Source of the DNA: a virus | Virus record (IMG/VR): IMGVR_UViG_3300050343_000182 | DNA: 64,000 nt | Direction: 5' to 3' (one strand) | Shown: positions 27,218 to 39,100 of the stretch, piece after piece | How the letters are laid out: the number at the start of each line of letters is the position of its first letter | Position numbering within the stretch: position 1 is the first letter of the stretch | The notes under the pieces: model-generated | Database searches by the model: none | Seen by the model: only the letters and a program-made list of their open reading frames with translations | Told to the model about the DNA's origin: nothing | Position numbers and translations under genes: made by a program

Positions 27218-29974
27218 ATGAGAGAACGCACTGATTACCTAGGACGGGACGGTTACACTTGGTGGATCGGGGAAGTTGAGAATATCAAGGACCCCTCTGA
27301 GATAGGTCGTGTCCAGGTGCGTATTCTCGGTTGGTATACTGGTCACAAGACAAAGCAGGCATATACCAAAGAGCTACCTACAAAGGTGCTGCCCTGGGCA
27401 CAGGTGTTGTTACCTACGGACAAAGCACAGACTAAATCTGTTGGATCCACCACTGGATTGCAACCTGGCGCATGGGTCATGGGATTCTTCCTTGATGGTG
27501 ATGAGGCACAGTTGCCTATTGTCATGGGTGCATTCCGTGGATTCCAAACAAAGGAAGATCCTAAGAAGAAAACGACTACTGCTGATGGCACAGTTGCAGA
27601 AGAGTTGAAGACCGAGAGTCCAACGAAGAAAGACTTAGCAGGTAATGAAAGAAATGATGGTAACCCATATCCTAAGAAGCAGACATCCACACCTGCACAA
27701 CCTGGAGCGCCAGGTGGAGAAGAGGCTCGCGGCGTTATCTCTGCTGCTGAAGAAACTCTGCCTGGTAATGCTGTTACTAATCCTACTAAACCTCCTGTAG
27801 AGAAGCAGTCTATTGCTGACGGTGTTGCTGGTCCTAGTGGTGAAGGTTTCTCGACTGACCTAGAACGTATGCTCACAGAGTTGGGCAACATGGCAGCGAC
27901 TCTTGCTAGTGGTCCTGGTGGATTCATCTCCCTTGCAACGGGTAAGAAGATTGCAGGCGATAAGGTGATGGAGCACATGGGTAAGATCATGAATTTCCTT
28001 GCTGGTGGTATCGCTGGTATTCTTGCACCATTGAAAGAATTACTTGCCAAACTCATTGCTGAGGTTGTTGGTAAGATTGTGCAAATCATCTCTAGTTTTG
28101 TCCCTCTGGTTGTGATCAACACAATCATGATGTTCCTTGAGATGATCTTTGATATCTTCTGCATGAAGAAACCGATGTGGTTGGGGCTAGTGCAAGCCGC
28201 AATATCGGATGTCTCTGCGTTCGCTAATAATATAGCGTCGCAGATTGTGGATAAGATTGCTGATAAACTTAAAGGTGTTGACTCTGCTGTTAAGGGCGTT
28301 ACTAATCGTATCCTTAGTGGTATCACCAAGACAATGAATCGTGTTAAGGATATTGCTGGAGATGTGATCGCTGCTGTTGATATGGCAAAGGGTATTGCTG
28401 GTCAAGCAAGAGCACTTGGTTCCACAGTACAATCAATCTTTGAGTTTGACTTTACTCAACTCAACTGGGCAGGTCTAATTAAACTCCTGTTTGCCCTCCT
28501 GCAGGCATTCTTCAAGAAAGATTGCGGGAGGAAGATTAAACGACCGAAATCAAAGTCGTGGTATCCGTTAATCGGGACCACGGAATGTAACAATGTCAAT
28601 GAAGCAATCGTTGGCACACCATACGCCAGTTATGATGATGCTGTCACTGGAAGCGGTAACAGCGGTAGTTACATCGATCAGATGTTTAGTAAGATCAATG
28701 TAAACCTCATGGAGGTTGTTACCCAACTAAATGGTGCTAAGGAGATCAACGATGCGACCCCTGGTATTGAGAAACAAATCAAACAGGGTCCTGGTGGTGT
28801 TACTTCTTTCCAAGATGGACATGGTAACGAGCACAAGAATATCCCTAATAACGAAACTAAGATCGTTGCTAAGGATAAGTGTGAGACCATTAAAGGTAAC
28901 TATGTGTTGACAGTTGAGGGTGACTTCTATCTGAAGGTCATGGGTAACTATCATGAGGAAGTAACAGGAGCTAAGAATGATAATGCTTCTCAGGGTCCTC
29001 AAGCAAAGTCTAAGGGATCATCTAAGAAGGCAGATAAGACTGAGGCAAAGAGTGACCTTGATGCTCAGGCAATCAAGTCAACTCAACGTTTCGACAGTCA
29101 GACTGGCACTGGCAGAAAGTCAACTAAGATTTCTGCTGCAGGAACTGATGTTACTTCCAGTTTAGATACTGGTGGTGCTGATAAGTCTTCTACTAGGAAG
29201 AAGAATAAGAAGCAGGACATGATTAACATGGTCCATATTCAGCAGACTGAGCGTGATCAATACTTCAAGGCATTGCCTGGTGGTCACTTCTATCCTGTTG
29301 ATGAGATTCCTTTCCATCCTGAGGCAGATGAACAGGGTAGAGTGCCATGGGGTAGTCAACTATCTGGTAACTTGGAAGACAAGAAAGAGCAGAAGTCTGC
29401 ATCTCGTAAAGAGGGTGATCATGACATTGCATACACTGGTGACGTTAGTATTCAGGGTGCAAAGGTTAAGATCACTGCAATTAACTCACTAGCATTTAAC
29501 TCTCAGACTATTAAGTCTGAAGCAAACACGATTGAAAACGTGGCATCTGGTGAGATTACTAACGAAGCAAACTGGATCTCTTCCTTCCTCAACAGTGGTA
29601 GATTCGAGATCGTTGCAGTATTCAACCCACTCAAAGCATTATCGGGTCAATTCACCTTTGTGAATGGTGCTATCATTGATATCACTACTGACCTTCCTAT
29701 CCCTGGTCTTGCACCACCAACACAGACTAGGATCTGTCTGGGCACATCAATGCCTGCATCCATGAATGATATCATCATGGGATCTACTGCAGGTGTCCAC
29801 TCAACCTTCATCGCATCTCCTACAGGTGTGATCGCTGAGTTCGTGCCCACGGGTGCCCTGCTGAATCAGGTCGCTACTGGACTGATCCACACGGGTGTTG
29901 GCACGGGTTACATGGCAACAGGTTGCGGACTCGGACCCCATCAGGTCTATGGCTTGCCATTACTGCTGAATTGA
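27218..29974 (+). CDS. gp5: Baseplate central spike gp5
   Basis: WWIGEVENIKDP..GRVQVRILG OB-fold; WVMGFFLDG; VxG beta-helix repeats; late promoter at 27188. Confidence 0.9.
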   Translation: MRERTDYLGRDGYTWWIGEVENIKDPSEIGRVQVRILGWYTGHKTKQAYTKELPTKVLPWAQVLLPTDKAQTKSVGSTTGLQPGAWVMGFFLDGDEAQLPIVMGAFRGFQTKEDPKKKTTTADGTVAEELKTESPTKKDLAGNERNDGNPYPKKQTSTPAQPGAPGGEEARGVISAAEETLPGNAVTNPTKPPVEKQSIADGVAGPSGEGFSTDLERMLTELGNMAATLASGPGGFISLATGKKIAGDKVMEHMGKIMNFLAGGIAGILAPLKELLAKLIAEVVGKIVQIISSFVPLVVINTIMMFLEMIFDIFCMKKPMWLGLVQAAISDVSAFANNIASQIVDKIADKLKGVDSAVKGVTNRILSGITKTMNRVKDIAGDVIAAVDMAKGIAGQARALGSTVQSIFEFDFTQLNWAGLIKLLFALLQAFFKKDCGRKIKRPKSKSWYPLIGTTECNNVNEAIVGTPYASYDDAVTGSGNSGSYIDQMFSKINVNLMEVVTQLNGAKEINDATPGIEKQIKQGPGGVTSFQDGHGNEHKNIPNNETKIVAKDKCETIKGNYVLTVEGDFYLKVMGNYHEEVTGAKNDNASQGPQAKSKGSSKKADKTEAKSDLDAQAIKSTQRFDSQTGTGRKSTKISAAGTDVTSSLDTGGADKSSTRKKNKKQDMINMVHIQQTERDQYFKALPGGHFYPVDEIPFHPEADEQGRVPWGSQLSGNLEDKKEQKSASRKEGDHDIAYTGDVSIQGAKVKITAINSLAFNSQTIKSEANTIENVASGEITNEANWISSFLNSGRFEIVAVFNPLKALSGQFTFVNGAIIDITTDLPIPGLAPPTQTRICLGTSMPASMNDIIMGSTAGVHSTFIASPTGVIAEFVPTGALLNQVATGLIHTGVGTGYMATGCGLGPHQVYGLPLLLN

Positions 29975-30005
29975 TGTATGATATGGGAGTCTTCATCATG
30001 CTCCC

Positions 30006-30200
30006 ATGTCCACTGACGAAACCTACCTTGAGCACATCTGGGTCAACATCTCTCAACGCACCATCAGAATGATGGACAACGAGGGTGTGGATGAGTTGAT
30101 CAAATGGAAGTTTGATGAAGAAGGTGCCGAGGGATTTCAGGAGACTATTGTTTCCTTCAATGAAAACCTTCCAAAAGATCTAATCACTTATCTCGCATGA
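30006..30200 (+). CDS. Hypothetical protein
   Basis: 64 aa; LEHIWVNISQRTI. Confidence 0.65.
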   Translation: MSTDETYLEHIWVNISQRTIRMMDNEGVDELIKWKFDEEGAEGFQETIVSFNENLPKDLITYLA

Positions 30201-30445
30201 ATAGCATTATTACGTTATCCTGTGCAGAAGTCCAAGAAAACTTTGACTTCGTATTCTCTCTTGTTGAGAGAGGTCACACCATCAAAATCATCCATGACGG
30301 AGGAGTTTGTATGATGACCCCGCTTATCACAAAGGATAAAGGATCTGAGATAAATATCCCAGACCCTGAAGAATTTGTGCCTGATCCTGCTGCGGTCAGT
30401 GCATACGTTACAGAGTCACTAGGAGAAATGACGCAGAACTTCTAA
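30197..30445 (+). CDS. Phd/YefM-like small protein
   Basis: ITLSCAEVQENFDFVFSLVERGHTIKIIHDGGVCMMTP. Confidence 0.5.
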   Translation: MNSIITLSCAEVQENFDFVFSLVERGHTIKIIHDGGVCMMTPLITKDKGSEINIPDPEEFVPDPAAVSAYVTESLGEMTQNF

Positions 30446-30446
30446 A

Positions 30447-30719
30447 ATGAATAAGATTCGGATCACAAGCTCGTTTCATCATTTGCAAGACATAGGTATA
30501 GTCCAGATGTATTTCATCCAGGGTATGCCGTTTACATTTGAAGAGCTTCCGAAGTTTATGAGTGAATTAGATGAAGTCAAACTCGATGCAGATACTGCAC
30601 GAGAGTATACGTTAGACGATCTCTATACAGCATCAGATTATCTGGTGCTGGAAGGGTGTCATCCTATCTTGTTTGATCTTAGTGATTGGATTGAAAATTA
30701 TGAGGAAGTCCCTGACTGA
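30447..30719 (+). CDS. Hypothetical protein
   Basis: Acidic 90 aa. Confidence 0.7.
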   Translation: MNKIRITSSFHHLQDIGIVQMYFIQGMPFTFEELPKFMSELDEVKLDADTAREYTLDDLYTASDYLVLEGCHPILFDLSDWIENYEEVPD

Positions 30720-30903
30720 ATATGATTTCGGTGGGAGACCTGTCACAGCGGTGGGTCTTCTGCTCCTAATTAGTGAGATGGAAGGTACATCCCAACATCT
30801 CAAATATATGGGATTCCAGGAAGACATGGACACCATTAATGAAATGAAGAAGAGGTATTATAAACTCTACTTCAAAACAAAAAAGGAGGAGAAAAATGCC
30901 TAA
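30700..30903 (+). CDS. Hypothetical protein
   Basis: MRKSLTEYDFGG start. Confidence 0.65.
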   Translation: MRKSLTEYDFGGRPVTAVGLLLLISEMEGTSQHLKYMGFQEDMDTINEMKKRYYKLYFKTKKEEKNA

Positions 30904-31018
30904 GAAACAGTTTATCTCAAAAGGTGGAGACACCTGGGAATGGGAAGAAACTCCCGCTGTAGTTAAAGCAGTTAAAAAACTCTATGACTCAAGCACAGCT
31001 GTCAAAAAGAAAAGTTGA
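30896..31018 (+). CDS. Small hypothetical protein (40 aa, not in track)
   Basis: RBS AAGGAGGAG; MPKKQFISKGGDTWEWEETP. Confidence 0.6.
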   Translation: MPKKQFISKGGDTWEWEETPAVVKAVKKLYDSSTAVKKKS

Positions 31019-31469
31019 TGTAAGTAACATCACTTGGGAAGATGTATTTGATAAGTTAGAATATGACAGGGCACAAAAAAACTTCACGGTCATAGCACCA
31101 AAAGTGAAACCTGAAGAAATTCTTAACGAATCTGAAGATGTCATCCTACACAGAGGTGCCATGAATACCATGGTATGTGAGGGAAACTATACTCCATGGA
31201 GTATGCGTCCTCTTGCAGAGCATATGAAACTCAACTATGGTATGAGAGATTTCCACCAATACGTTTCACTTAGTGGTGGGTCTAGTACATTTGGTAGGCA
31301 TAATGATGAAGTAAATGTCATGATTGTGCCAGTTATCGGAGATATAGGTTATACTGTAGATGGTCTTGGTGAAGTTTTTATGGAACCAGGCGATATACTG
31401 TATATACCTAAATATGTGTATCATGAGCCTATGGTATTAGGACCAAGGGCAACATTGAGTTTTTCTTGA
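30984..31469 (+). CDS. JmjC/cupin oxygenase
   Basis: HND...EPGDILYIP...YHEP. Confidence 0.82.
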   Translation: MTQAQLSKRKVDVSNITWEDVFDKLEYDRAQKNFTVIAPKVKPEEILNESEDVILHRGAMNTMVCEGNYTPWSMRPLAEHMKLNYGMRDFHQYVSLSGGSSTFGRHNDEVNVMIVPVIGDIGYTVDGLGEVFMEPGDILYIPKYVYHEPMVLGPRATLSFS

Positions 31470-31479
31470 GGATTTTACA

Positions 31480-31806
31480 ATGTATGATACCATCCTATGT
31501 CATTATGATCTTGGTGCAGGTTTTTTCAAAAGATCTCTGCAAACAAAAGATCTTGACGGATGGGCATATACATTTTTCTTAGATCCTGTGGGACGGTTAT
31601 GGGAAGTTGATTACACAGAAACTCAGGACTTTTCAAGAGAAGATCCTAAAGGTTATGTGCCCAACGGTTTGCATGGTAAGGTAAAACCTTATTTTGTTAC
31701 GAAAAGTATTGAAATCTATCCTTCAGTCTGGGATGCACATTATGCACCCTTTCCTAGGATGATGCTTCACTTTATCAATGGTCAATTAAACCGAGTATTA
31801 GTATGA
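31480..31806 (+). CDS. Hypothetical protein
   Basis: 108 aa; LQTKDL. Confidence 0.7.
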   Translation: MYDTILCHYDLGAGFFKRSLQTKDLDGWAYTFFLDPVGRLWEVDYTETQDFSREDPKGYVPNGLHGKVKPYFVTKSIEIYPSVWDAHYAPFPRMMLHFINGQLNRVLV

Positions 31807-32480
31807 AATTTCGCAATGTATTACTGGCAGGAGCACTGCTAGGATTGGCAACTTTGCCAGTTAATGCCAAACCACTCAAAGATAGTGAGTACTTCACTAA
31901 TCATTCTATGGGTTGTATGCTCCTGCAGGAATGTACTGAGGGGGTATCAGAAGTCTTTTCACTTCTAGATGTCTCGTCTCAGTATGATAGTCCCGATAGG
32001 TTTACCTTCGCTTCTAATGAATTCAACCAAATGCTTGTAGCATTGAATCAGGTTGGAGTCCGAGTATATCTTGCAGATTCAAAATACTTCCCTGTTGGAC
32101 ATCGTGGTGTATACCACACTGTGAGCAACAACTTCTACCTCAACCGAGCATTCATGCATCGTCCTGAGACTTTGATGAGTGTGATGCGTCATGAAGGATG
32201 GCACGCTGCACAAGATTGTATGGCAGGCACTATCAACAACTCCATGATTGCTATCATTATGGATGAGGACAAAGTTCCTAAGATCTGGCAAGAGATTGCT
32301 GCTGATACTTACAGATTTCAACCAGGAGCAATTCCCTGGGAGAAAGAAGCATTCTGGGCAGGTAAGACTGAAGGAATGACAATGAGTGCCCTCCAAGCAT
32401 GTGCGCGGGGTAATATGTGGGAAGTTTATCCTCCTACACCCATGACGAATGAATGGTTGGAGAAAAACGGTTATAAATAA
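31803..32480 (+). CDS. Secreted zincin-like protein
   Basis: Signal peptide; HEGWH (HExxH). Confidence 0.7.
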   Translation: MKFRNVLLAGALLGLATLPVNAKPLKDSEYFTNHSMGCMLLQECTEGVSEVFSLLDVSSQYDSPDRFTFASNEFNQMLVALNQVGVRVYLADSKYFPVGHRGVYHTVSNNFYLNRAFMHRPETLMSVMRHEGWHAAQDCMAGTINNSMIAIIMDEDKVPKIWQEIAADTYRFQPGAIPWEKEAFWAGKTEGMTMSALQACARGNMWEVYPPTPMTNEWLEKNGYK

Positions 32481-32506
32481 AACTGTAGCAATTGTGCTGA
32501 GATTTC

Positions 32507-33844
32507 GTGGCAACTAAACGTATATCCCAATTAGATACGATTGCAGACGCCCTCGTTACTGGCGAGGCAATTCTGCCTATCGTTATCTCTGACCCTCTGA
32601 TTCCAAACCGTAAGGCAAAGGTCAATCAACTATTCCGTGGTGTGAGCGCAGGTAGCGCAACAGCACCAGGATTAGCTTTTGACTTGGACCGAGACAGTGG
32701 GATATATCAGTCAGCGATTAATGAGATTGGTCTAGCATTTGGATCAGCATCTCTCTATAATACTAGAAGAGAAAACACTGATGGATCCTCTACCCTGATC
32801 ATTCGTGCTGTTGACAGTGCATCTGCAACGTCAAGCATGGAAATGACTCCACAGGGTAGTGGATTTTTTACTGTTAATGGTCCTATCATTCAGACTGATG
32901 CACAGTTCTTCTTGCAAGGTGATCAAAACCCTGCAAAGAGAGTGCAATTCAACGTTGATACAATCTCAACTCAGTCTGGCACCCGTCGTTTCGATCTACC
33001 TAACGTAGGTACAAACACAAGCACCACTATTCTGGCGAATGATACTTTCCAGACTGTTACAAACAAGACGATCATTATTAAAGACGGTGAGTTGCAGATC
33101 ACAGGATCTACTTCAACTGATAAGATCGCAAAATTTGAGTGTGACGCTTGGGAAAGTCCTGGTCAGCACACTTACAAGTTGCCTGACTTTGGTGCTGCTA
33201 ATACTCAGTCTACTTTGTTGGACGACATCTCTGACCAAAATGTTTTCAACAAAAACATGGTCAACCCCACATTCTCTAACACTCCCTCAACAGATGAAGA
33301 GAATGACCCCACAAGGTATGTGATCTTTGACTCTTCACTGTTAAGTAATAACCGTGTGGTGACTTTCCCTGATATGAATATTAGGGTAGTTGGTGAAGCA
33401 TCGTCACAGACACTTAGTAACAAGATTTACAAAGGTGCAATCTTTGCTGACGTTGGTGATGATACTAGAAAGATCCAATTGGATCTCAGTAACATTGAGG
33501 ACAACCAAACCTATGCGTTTAGTTTCCCTGATGATGATCCAGCAGCACCTTTGAATAACGGCACAGCATCTAACATGTTGGTTGCTGAAAGGAAGACACA
33601 AACTCTTTATAATAAAACGTTAGAACTGGCGAAGATAAATAACCCAGAAGACGTTAACGGCATCATGACTATTGATGCCAGCAACTTGACTGGAGCACGC
33701 TCCATTCAGTTCCCTGACGCTGATGCAACACTTCTATCCACTAATAACATTAGTGATGTTGCAATTAGTTTCGGTGGAGCACTTGCCGCACCTGTGTTAG
33801 GTGGGCAACTAAGACTACAATCATTTTTCCAAGCAGGTTGGTAA
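32507..33844 (+). CDS. Virion/tail-fibre-associated protein
   Basis: Late promoter TATAAATA at 32472; repeated Q(T)L(S/Y)NK and FPD motifs. Confidence 0.75.
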   Translation: MATKRISQLDTIADALVTGEAILPIVISDPLIPNRKAKVNQLFRGVSAGSATAPGLAFDLDRDSGIYQSAINEIGLAFGSASLYNTRRENTDGSSTLIIRAVDSASATSSMEMTPQGSGFFTVNGPIIQTDAQFFLQGDQNPAKRVQFNVDTISTQSGTRRFDLPNVGTNTSTTILANDTFQTVTNKTIIIKDGELQITGSTSTDKIAKFECDAWESPGQHTYKLPDFGAANTQSTLLDDISDQNVFNKNMVNPTFSNTPSTDEENDPTRYVIFDSSLLSNNRVVTFPDMNIRVVGEASSQTLSNKIYKGAIFADVGDDTRKIQLDLSNIEDNQTYAFSFPDDDPAAPLNNGTASNMLVAERKTQTLYNKTLELAKINNPEDVNGIMTIDASNLTGARSIQFPDADATLLSTNNISDVAISFGGALAAPVLGGQLRLQSFFQAGW

Positions 33845-33851
33845 TTAACAA

Positions 33852-36080
33852 ATGACAGCAGGAAGACTCGCAGCTAAAAAACCAGGAGCGACCGCTAATA
33901 CGGTCCTCTATCGTTGTCCTACTACCGTAACTGGCAGCACAGTTGTTAATGTGTGCAACCAGTCTGGTAGTGGTGCCACTTATCGGATGGCATTAAGGGA
34001 CTACGATCAGGTGCTGCACCTAGATGGACCCGAATCTGAGAATGGTGGATCGGCATCTACTTATAAATTTGCCAAGGGAAATCCCATCTCGGCATATAAA
34101 GTTACTCTAAACCCTGGTTTTAGCTTTGGTGATGCTATTCCTGGCACTGAGTTTACTACCACCAACAACTCAACTGGTAAGATCCTTGATATTTTCAAGG
34201 CATCGGGTGAGGTTGTCTACTATACACAGGTAAAGGAGATCTCCAACACTCAATTTACTCCTGACAGTATTGCAGGTGAATTTGTTGGTGGTGAGACTGT
34301 AACTGGAGGTGGATCTGGTTATACTGCTGTATATCGTGGTGGTGACTCAGTTGGAGCATATTTTGAATATACTCCTTATGCTACTGGTGTTACAACCATG
34401 GCATTCTCCCGCACAACGGGTCTTGCTGATGGCATGTATGTGACTCTAGGTGAGTTGGGTGATACAGATGCTGAAGTTGTTGTGATCGCTGCATCTGGTA
34501 TCAATGATCTTGTTGACCAAGTAACTGTTACCCGTGCTCAGTTAAATACCAGTGCTCGTGTAATTCCTGCTGGTCTTGCATCTAATGCATGGTCTGCATC
34601 TGCTGTTGTTACAACTATTAACGAGGGTGCAACTTTTGTCACTGGTGACTCAACTCTAACTGTTACTGACTCTACTGGATTTGTATCTGGTGGTGTTGTC
34701 CTAATTGACAACGAACTCTGCGCTATTGATCAGGTTAACGGTAACGACCTTACTCTGACTCGCTCTAGATATGGCACTGCTGATGTTGATCATAACGATG
34801 GTGTTAACGTTACTCTGCTGACAGATAACGGCACCTATCTGGTCAACTACTTCCAAGAAGGAGAATCAATTACTGGATCCACATCCAATGCTTCTGCTGG
34901 TCTTAGTTTCTTAACTAACCAGAGTGCAGTTGTTGAAAATAGGTATGTAAGTAGTTTAACTGGAGCTTCTGCTACTGATCATGTTTATGTCGGTCAGTTA
35001 TCGCTTAACATTGACCTTACTTATAAGTTTGATCTAAGTAATGCTTCTAATGCAAACTATCCTCTGAAATTCTCTGGTGATGCTGTAGAGGGTCCTAATG
35101 ACGCTACTCCTGGCACAGAATATACACAGGGTGTTAGTAAGGTAGGTACTGCAGGTCAAGCAGGTGCATACACATCGATTTCTATCGATGAGAATACCTC
35201 AATTTCACTGTTTGTATACGCAGATGGCACTGTTGGTAGTCCTCCTGCTGCAACAACTGGTATCGGTTTTAATATTGGCGTCCAAACTGATCCTTCTTAC
35301 GAGCAAGTCTATATCTATGATGTTGGTGGTGAGCCCCTGATTGCAGGTGATAGTTTCACTGTTAACAACGTAACCCAAACTGTCCAACAGAGTGGCATTG
35401 TTGCTGGACCTTATGGTTATGTGATGGATTGGGATCCTGCAAAAGCACACTTGAAGGTTGCTTTAGGTGAAGGATCTACTACATTTGCAGATAACACTGA
35501 GTTTCTTGACTCACCTACATTAAATAATGGCACTCGTATCATGACTAAAGCAGTCACTGGTAAGATTCTGTCTGTTGACACTGTTGGTGCTGCTGATGCT
35601 GCTCGTGTTGCTAACACATATAGTAATTTGACCGCAAATGCCACTGCTGCAGCAGGTGATATTGCCAAGGCAAAATTCACTGTAGTTGTTGACGGGTCTG
35701 GTGCTGCAACTGTCACTATTGTTGATGGTGGCGAAGACTTCGTTGCTGCTGAAACTATTCAAATCAATGATTCACAACTAGGCAACGGTGGTGGTGCTGC
35801 ATTAACATTTAATGCTGCTACTGTCTCTACTGCTGAGCAAACAGGATCCACTGGACTTTACGGTGCAGAAGATTACCTCTACTACGATAATGCTATTGCA
35901 GCAAATGATACAGAAAAGAATTCTGGTATCGTAGTGGGTCCAGGACAGAACCTGCTCGTCTATTCTTCTGCTGCTGATCTAAGTTACGTTGTTAATGGTT
36001 TCGAGTCTCCTTCGGATGATCTCACTGTTATCAACATGACTAAGATTTCAACTGAAGATGACGGTGGCGCTGCTCCATAG
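33852..36080 (+). CDS. Virion structural protein
   Basis: Thr/Gly beta-rich; YKFDLSNASNANYPLKFS module. Confidence 0.75.
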   Translation: MTAGRLAAKKPGATANTVLYRCPTTVTGSTVVNVCNQSGSGATYRMALRDYDQVLHLDGPESENGGSASTYKFAKGNPISAYKVTLNPGFSFGDAIPGTEFTTTNNSTGKILDIFKASGEVVYYTQVKEISNTQFTPDSIAGEFVGGETVTGGGSGYTAVYRGGDSVGAYFEYTPYATGVTTMAFSRTTGLADGMYVTLGELGDTDAEVVVIAASGINDLVDQVTVTRAQLNTSARVIPAGLASNAWSASAVVTTINEGATFVTGDSTLTVTDSTGFVSGGVVLIDNELCAIDQVNGNDLTLTRSRYGTADVDHNDGVNVTLLTDNGTYLVNYFQEGESITGSTSNASAGLSFLTNQSAVVENRYVSSLTGASATDHVYVGQLSLNIDLTYKFDLSNASNANYPLKFSGDAVEGPNDATPGTEYTQGVSKVGTAGQAGAYTSISIDENTSISLFVYADGTVGSPPAATTGIGFNIGVQTDPSYEQVYIYDVGGEPLIAGDSFTVNNVTQTVQQSGIVAGPYGYVMDWDPAKAHLKVALGEGSTTFADNTEFLDSPTLNNGTRIMTKAVTGKILSVDTVGAADAARVANTYSNLTANATAAAGDIAKAKFTVVVDGSGAATVTIVDGGEDFVAAETIQINDSQLGNGGGAALTFNAATVSTAEQTGSTGLYGAEDYLYYDNAIAANDTEKNSGIVVGPGQNLLVYSSAADLSYVVNGFESPSDDLTVINMTKISTEDDGGAAP

Positions 36081-36125
36081 TCTTGACCCTTAATAAATAA
36101 CCATATAGCAGGACTCTTATAGAAG

Positions 36126-39100
36126 ATGGCATTAACACGTCTTAAAAATATAATCACGTCAAGGACTGGGCGTATTATTTACGTCAACCCTGATGACTTT
36201 GATGCATCGGACGCATTTGATAACCGAGGTAACTCGGCATTGCGTCCATTTAAGTCGCTGCAACGTGCCTTCCTTGAAGTGGCACGTTTCTCGTATCGTG
36301 TTGGTCTAAGTAATGACGAATTTGACGCATTCAGTATCTACCTGTATCCATCAGAGTATGTTATTGATAACCGTCCTGGTCTTGCGGACTACAACCAGAT
36401 CCAACCGTTTAATGAAAACACCAACTTTGATCTGACATCTGCTAGTAATGAGCTTTATAAATTTAATTCAACTCGTGGTGGTGTTATTTGCCCTCGTGGT
36501 GTCTCTGTTGTTGGTTCGGACCTTCGTAGAACCAAAATCATTCCGAAATACGTCCCTTATCCCACGGTACAGGGTAGTCTCGGTATTACTGCTGCTAATG
36601 AACCTGGCCCTTCTGCTATCTTTAGGTTAACTGGTGGTTGTTATTTCTGGCAGATGTCCTTCTTTGATGGGGACAATACTGGTGTCTATTATAGAGATGA
36701 CCTGAGTCAGATTGCACCTAACTTCTCACACCATAAGATTACTTGTTTTGAGTATGCCAACGGTGCTGATCTAGAGCTCTACTATCAGAAGATCTCTAAA
36801 GGTTATGCAGTTATTCCTGATACTTCAGGTTTGCCATCACAAGACCAGTTGCAACCAAGGGTCGAGGAAAACAGAATCGTTGGTCCTATTTCCGACGAAT
36901 TTGCAGTCTCACAGATCATCCGAAATGGACAAACCGCCACAGCATTCACCGTTGATGAACTTGGTAACCCGAAGAATCATGGATTCTCCGTGGGTGTCGC
37001 TGTTAATATTTCTGGGGTTACAGGTCCTACTGACCAAGATGCTCTCCTCTATAATGGATCATTCCTGGTAACATCTGCACAGGGTAACCAGTTTACCTAT
37101 CAGATGTCAGCAGAGCCCTCAGGTAATGCTTTGGGTAGTAATGTCCTAGTTAAGGTTGAGATCGACACGGTTGACTCTGCCTCACCATATGTCTTTAACC
37201 TATCACTAAGAAGTGTTTGGGGTATCAACGGTATGCACGCCGATGGTAGTCAAGCAACTGGATTTAAGTCGATGGTTGTGGCACAATTCACTGGTATTTC
37301 CCTTCAAAAGGATGACCGTGCATTCGTGCTGTATAACCCCAATACAGGAAACTATGAAGCACAAGCTTCTGGATCTGGCGCACACATTAACGGACTATGT
37401 AAGTATCGTAAAGGGTGGCGTCACGTCCATATCCACGCATCCAATGATTCATTCATTCAGGTTGTGTCTGTGTTTGCTGTGGGATTTGGTGACCATTTCT
37501 TTAGTGAGTCTGGTGGTGACTTATCCATTACTAACTCAAACTCTAACTTCGGAAATACATCGCTGCGAAGCAAAGGTTTCAAAGCAGCATCATTTACTAA
37601 GGATAAAGCTGGGCAAATTACCCACGTTATTCCTCCCAAGTCGCTGTCAGATGTTGATGAAATTTCAATCAACTGGGTCACAATTGATATTACCAAGACC
37701 CGATCTGTAGCAGACCCAACTAAACTATTCATATATGGATACACAGTAGAAACTGGAAGACCACCAAGTAAGGTCCAAGGTTATACTGTTGGTGCGAGAA
37801 GAGACGACGTTAACACCCCTGACCGTCTATATGTCCTCTTGCTTGCATCTGGCGCGTCTGAACCCACTGCACACTATGCAGACGTTAATCCTTCTGGTAA
37901 GGAAGTAACTGGCACCCGTGCTGGTGATGATGAATCACCACTCAAGTGGGATAGTAGCAACAATCAATGGTATATTCAGGTTGACGGTAACGCAGCACAG
38001 AATACCATTTATACTACGCTACAAGCAAACTCACTCTATCAAAACCTCGGATTCACACCTACGACATACATTCGTCGTGTGCCTGATGCTCGTAACTTGG
38101 TTGACAGAGTATATCGTTATCGCTATGTGCTGGACAAAGATGCATTCCCAGTGCCTAGAGAACCCATCACTGGTTTCGTATTACAACCTAGATCCAGTGA
38201 GACAAACTCTCCTGCATACAGTAAGACATACTATGTCTATGCTACTGAGACATATCAAACATTTGAAAGAGGTGTTACCGATGGTATCTACTATCTGACA
38301 CTGTTGAATGCTTCAGTATCACCATCTACCTCTAACTTCAACGACTTCTTCTTCTCACAGCAGACAGTTGACCTCTATCCTGCATTCGATAGAGATAACC
38401 CTGTTGCTGATCCTGCAGCATCTGTGTCTATTGCAGACAACGAAACTCTAGGTTTAGTTACTACAACTGATGGTGCATCTCCTGTCCCCAATAAGGATAC
38501 AGAGAGATCTATTACAAAGGAATCATCACAATTCTTCCTGCTTGAGAGTGAGAATAACTTAGGTTATAACACTACATCTAACGTGCTGAATGGTATTTCT
38601 GTCACGGCACGCCTAGGTGAAGCAGAAGATCGTAAGATCCCATTGAAACTTAACGCTGACAATAGTGTCCAACCTATTCTCTGTGAATTGAGAAGATACT
38701 CTATTCTTAGAGCATCTGGTCACACGTTTGAGTATCTTGGTTTCGGTCCTGGTAACTACTCAACTGCATTCCCATCTACACAGGTGGAAGTGCTCAGTCC
38801 TGCCCAAGTTCGCCTGTCTCAGTCACTGAAAGAAGCAGCAGGTGTTGCATACTACTCTGGTGTTAACTCTGATGGTGAGTTGTTTGTTGGTAACCAAGTT
38901 ATTAACCCAGTTACAGGTCAGATCACTAACGAAGATATTGCACAACTTAACGTGTTGGGTGAAGAAGGTACAACCATTGAGACATTCTCTGAGTTGGTGC
39001 TGACTGATAAACTAACTGTTATTGGTGGTGCATCTAACCAGTTGGAATCTGTATTCTCTGGTCCTGTAACCTTCCAGAAGAAGATTACGTCACAGGATAC

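Noticed and set aside
27343-28329. 328-aa minus-strand ORF; likewise 22334-23056, 19138-19752, 60365-61099 and many shorter ones
   Set aside because: Antisense shadows of well-supported plus-strand genes, explained by codon bias; no RBS, promoter or motifs
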